Shown: positions 37,905 through 41,501 of the stretch, in pieces
Position numbering within the stretch: position 1 is the first letter of the stretch
Layout of the letters: each line of letters begins with the position of its first letter
Origin: Utricularia gibba
Taxonomy: Eukaryota; Plantae; Magnoliophyta
DNA length: 41,501 bases
Direction: 5' to 3'
Assembly: GCA_002189035.1 (NCBI GenBank)
Contig: NEEC01000161.1
Coordinates: forward strand, 1 to 41,501
Position numbers and translations under genes: made by a program
Notes under the pieces: generated by a model
Told to the model about the DNA's origin: nothing
Database searches by the model: none
Seen by the model: only the letters and a program-made list of their open reading frames with translations

Positions 37905-40713
37905 CACGTGCACCCCACATGATTTTTTTAACAACATACTTTATACATGAGGAGGCGGTCTTGGGGGGCACTTGGAACCGGAAAAAAGGTCAGCTTAGGC
38001 CTTGGCCCAAAGTAAGTTGTAGCCCGGCAAAGAAAGTGATGTATTTATTAACGTTCGGTTTTCGGTGTTGCCTACATGGTTTTTCAAGGAACAGCTTCTC
38101 GTTTTGTGGCGGCCAGTCTCGCTAGGAACTTGGTCCGGGCCCGCGATTCTTTATGGCTCATGAGGACAAAAGGATGCAAATCGATGAATACAATGTTGCA
38201 TTTGTTTAAATTGCGATATCACGTGCACCCCACATGATTTTTTCAACAACTTACTTTATACTTGAGCAGGCGGTCTTTGGGGGCACTTGGAACGGAAAAG
38301 GTAGGTTTGGCCTTGCCCAAAGTTAGTTGTAGTCCGGCAAATAAAGTGATGTATTTATTATCGTTCGGTTTTCGGGGGCTGCCTACATGGTTTTTCAAGG
38401 AACCGCTTCTCGTTTTGTGGCGGCCAGTCTCGCTGGGAACTTGGTCCTTGACCCCGATTCTGTATGGCTCATGAGGTCAACTGGATGCAAATCGATTAAA
38501 AAAAATGATGCATTTGTTTAAATTATGATGTCACGTGCACCCCACATGATTTTTTTAACAACATACTTTATACATGAGGAGGCGGTCTTGGGGGGCACTT
38601 GGAACCGGAAAAAGGTCAGCTTAGGCCTTGGCCCAAAGTAAGTTGTAGCCCGGCAAAGAAAGTGATGTATTTATTAACGTTCGGTTTTCGGTGTTGCCTA
38701 CATGGTTTTTCAAGGAACAGCTTCTCGTTTTGTGGCGGCCAGTCTCGCTAGGAACTTGGTCCGGGCCCGCGATTCTTTATGGCTCATGAGGACAAAAGGA
38801 TGCAAATCGATGAATACAATGTTGCATTTGTTTAAATTGCGATATCACGTGCACCCCACATGATTTTTTCAACAACTTACTTTATACTTGAGCAGGCGGT
38901 CTTTGGGTGCACCTGGAACGGACAAAGGTAAGGTTTGGCTTGCACGAGAGTTAGTTGTAGTCCGGCAAATAAAGTGATGTATTTATTATCGTTCGGTTTT
39001 CGGGGGCTGCCTACATGGTTTTTCAAGGAACCGCTTCTCGTTTTGTGGCGGCCAGTCTCGCTGGGAACTTGGTCCTTGACCCCGATTCTGTATGGCTCAT
39101 GAGGTCAACTGGATGCAAATCGATTAAAAAAATGATCCATTTGTTTAAATTATGATGTCACGTGCACCCCACATGATTTTTTCAACAACTTACTTTATAC
39201 TTGAGGAGGCGGTCTTTGGGCACTTGGAACCGGAAAAAGATCAGCTTAGGCCTTGGCCCAAAGTAAGTTGTAGCCCGGCAAAGAAAGTGATGTATTTATT
39301 AACGTTCGGTTTTCGGTTTGCCTACATGGTTTTTCAAGGAACAGCTTCTCGTTTTGTGGCGGCCAGTCTCGCTAGGAACTTGGTCCGGCCCCGATTCTTT
39401 ATGGCTCATGAGGACAAAAATGCAAATCGATGAATAAAATGTTGCATTTGTTTAAATTGCGATATCACGTGCACCCCACATGATTTTTTCAACAACTTAC
39501 TTTATACTTGAGCAGGCGGTCTTTGGGTGCACTTGGAACGGAAAAAGGTCAGCTTAGGCTTGCCCAAAGTAAGTTGTAGTCCGGCAAATAAAGTGATGTA
39601 TTTATTATCGTTCGGTTTTCGGGTTGCCTACATGGTTTTTCAAGGAACCGCTTCTCGTTTTGTGGCGGCCAGTCTCGCTGGGAACTTGGTCCTTGACCCC
39701 GATTCTGTATGGCTCATGAGGTCAACTGGATGCAAATCGATTAAAAAAAATGATGCATTTGTTTAAATTATGATGTCACGTGCACCCCACATGATTTTTT
39801 TCAACAACTTACTTTATACTTGAGAAGGCGGTCTTTGGGTGCACTTGGAACCGGAAAAAGATCAGCTTAGGCCTTGGCCCAAAGTAAGTTGTAGCCCGGC
39901 AAAGAAAGTGATGTATTTATTAACGTTCGGTTTTCGTGTTGCCTACATGGTTTTTCAAGGAACAGCTTCTCGTTTTGTGGCGGCCAGTCTCGCTAGGAAC
40001 TTGGTCCGGGGCCCGCGATTCTTTATGGCTCATGAGGACAAAAGGATGCAAATCGATGAATACAATGTTGCATTTGTTTAAATTGCGATATCACGTGCAC
40101 CCCACATGATTTTTTCAACAACTTACTTTATACTTGAGGAGGCGGTCTTTGGGCACTGGAACGGGACAAAGGTAAGCTTTGGCTTGCACCAGAGTTAGTT
40201 GTAGTCCGGCAAATAAAGTGATGTATTTATTATCGTTCGGTTTTCGGGGGCTGCCTACATGGTTTTTCAAGGAACCGCTTCTCGTTTTGTGGCGGCCAGT
40301 CTCGCTGGGAACTTGGTCCTTGACCCCGATTCTGTATGGCTCATGAGGTCAACTGGATGCAAATCGATTAAAAAAAAATGATGCATTTGTTTAAATTACG
40401 ATGTCACGTGCACCCCACATGATTTTTTTAACAACATACTTTATACTGAGGAGGCGGTCTTGGGGGCACTTGGAACCGGAAAAAATCAGCTTAGGCCTTG
40501 GCCCAAAGTAAGTTGTAGCGGCAAAGAAAGTGATGTATTTATTAACGTTCGGTTTTCGGTGTTGCCTACATGGTTTTTCAAGGAACAGCTTCTCGTTTTG
40601 TGGCGGCCAGTCTCGCTAGGAACTTGGTCCGGGCCCGCGATTCTTTATGGCTCATGAGGACAAAAGGATGCAAATCGATGAATACAATGTTGCATTTGTT
40701 TAAATTGCGATAT

Positions 40714-41026
40714 CACGTGCACCCCACATGATTTTTTCAACAACTTACTTTATACATGAGGAGGCGGTCTAGGGGCACTTGGAATCGGAAAAAGATCAGC
40801 TTAGGCTTGGCCCAAAGTAAGTTGTAGTCCGGCAAATAAAGTGATGTATTTATTATCGTTCGGTTTTCGGGGGCTGCCTACATGGTTTTTCAAGGAACCG
40901 CTTCTCGTTTTGTGGCGGCCAGTCTCGCTGGGAACTTGGTCCTTGACCCCGATTCTGTATGGCTCATGAGGTCAACTGGATGCAAATCGATTAAAAAAAA
41001 TGATGCATTTGTTTAAATTATGATGT
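40714..41026 (+). repeat. Type D mosaic monomer (A-like head, B-type body and tail), exemplar
   Basis: A-like GATCAGCTTAGGCTTGGCCCAAAGTAAG is joined to B-type GTAGTCCGGCAAATAAAG and a B tail. Similar copies occupy the B slot at 11134, 13625, 14869, 16425, 17972, 20130, 21992, 29790, 31670, 33536, 36027 and 39466. Confidence 0.7.
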
Positions 41027-41501
41027 CACGTGCACCCCACATGATTTTTTTAACAACTTACTTTATACTGAGAGGCGGTCTTTGGGTGCACTTGGAACCG
41101 GAAAAAGGTCAGCTTAGGCCTTGGCCCAAAGTAAGTTGTAGCCCGGCAAAGAAAGTGATGTATTTATTAACGTTCGGTTTTCGGTGTTGCCTACATGGTT
41201 TTTCAAGGAACAGCTTCTCGTTTTGTGGCGGCCAGTCTCGCTAGGAACTTGGTCCGGGCCCGCGATTCTTTATGGCTCATGAGGACAAAAAGGATGCAAA
41301 TCGATGAATACAATGTTGCATTTGTTTAAATTGCGATATCACGTGCACCCCACATGATTTTTTCAACAACTTACTTTATACTTGAGCAGGCGGTCTTTGG
41401 GTGCACCTGGAACGGGACAAAGGTAAGGTTTGGCTTGCACGAGAGTTAGTTGTAGTCCGGCAATAAAAGTGATGTATTTATTATCGTTCGGTTTTCGGGG
41501 G

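Larger units (their letters stand above)
1..41501 (+). repeat. Tandem satellite DNA array, ~311-316 bp monomer, ~133 copies, mainly alternating A/B dimer (~625-630 bp higher-order repeat)
   Basis: CACGTGCACCCCACATG recurs at 282, 597, 909, 1218, 1531, 1841 ... 40714, 41027, 41340. 132 full monomers span 282-41339. All are in the same orientation, with no interrupting unique sequence, and the array runs off both window ends. Confidence 0.99.

Noticed and set aside
137-41244. All ORFs in the supplied track (e.g. recurring ...VSCSPANKVMYLLSFGFRG... and MVFQGTASRF... peptides)
   Set aside because: They are 60-110 aa translations of the repeat. Frames and ends change with 1-bp homopolymer differences, overlapping ORFs occur on both strands, many starts are not ATG, no frame stays open across the array, and I recognise no protein family.
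1-41501. CRISPR array
   Set aside because: There are no unique spacers; the whole ~315 bp unit is repeated, and no cas genes are present.
1-41501. Rolling-circle concatemer of one small circle (viroid-, plasmid- or eccDNA-like)
   Set aside because: One template would give a single fixed unit with random errors. Here several discrete monomer types occur in changing order with phase slips, and no rep gene or ribozyme is present.

Overview
The whole 41.5 kb window is one uninterrupted, head-to-tail, single-orientation satellite DNA array. It has no genes, RNA genes, transposon or unique sequence. Taking CACGTGCAC as monomer start, I counted 132 complete monomers between 282 and 41339 (mean ~311 bp; cleanest copies 314-316 bp; ~45% GC; ~15 CpG per monomer), plus partial copies at both ends. 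The array is nested: two diverged ~156-158 bp halves form a ~315 bp monomer, and two monomer types (A, B) alternate as a ~625-630 bp dimer. Mosaic monomers (C, D) add local tetramer, hexamer and candidate octamer periodicities and 12 phase slips of the A/B alternation. Every intact junction carries RTCACGTG with a second E-box (CACATG) 11 bp downstream, and the two junction types carry different inverted repeats. Caveat: many copy-to-copy differences are 1-bp deletions exactly at sites where monomer types differ, as expected from a consensus of mis-phased reads, so fine-scale variation and some higher-order structure may be assembly artefact. All supplied ORFs look like spurious translations of the repeat. 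I cannot name the organism or satellite family.
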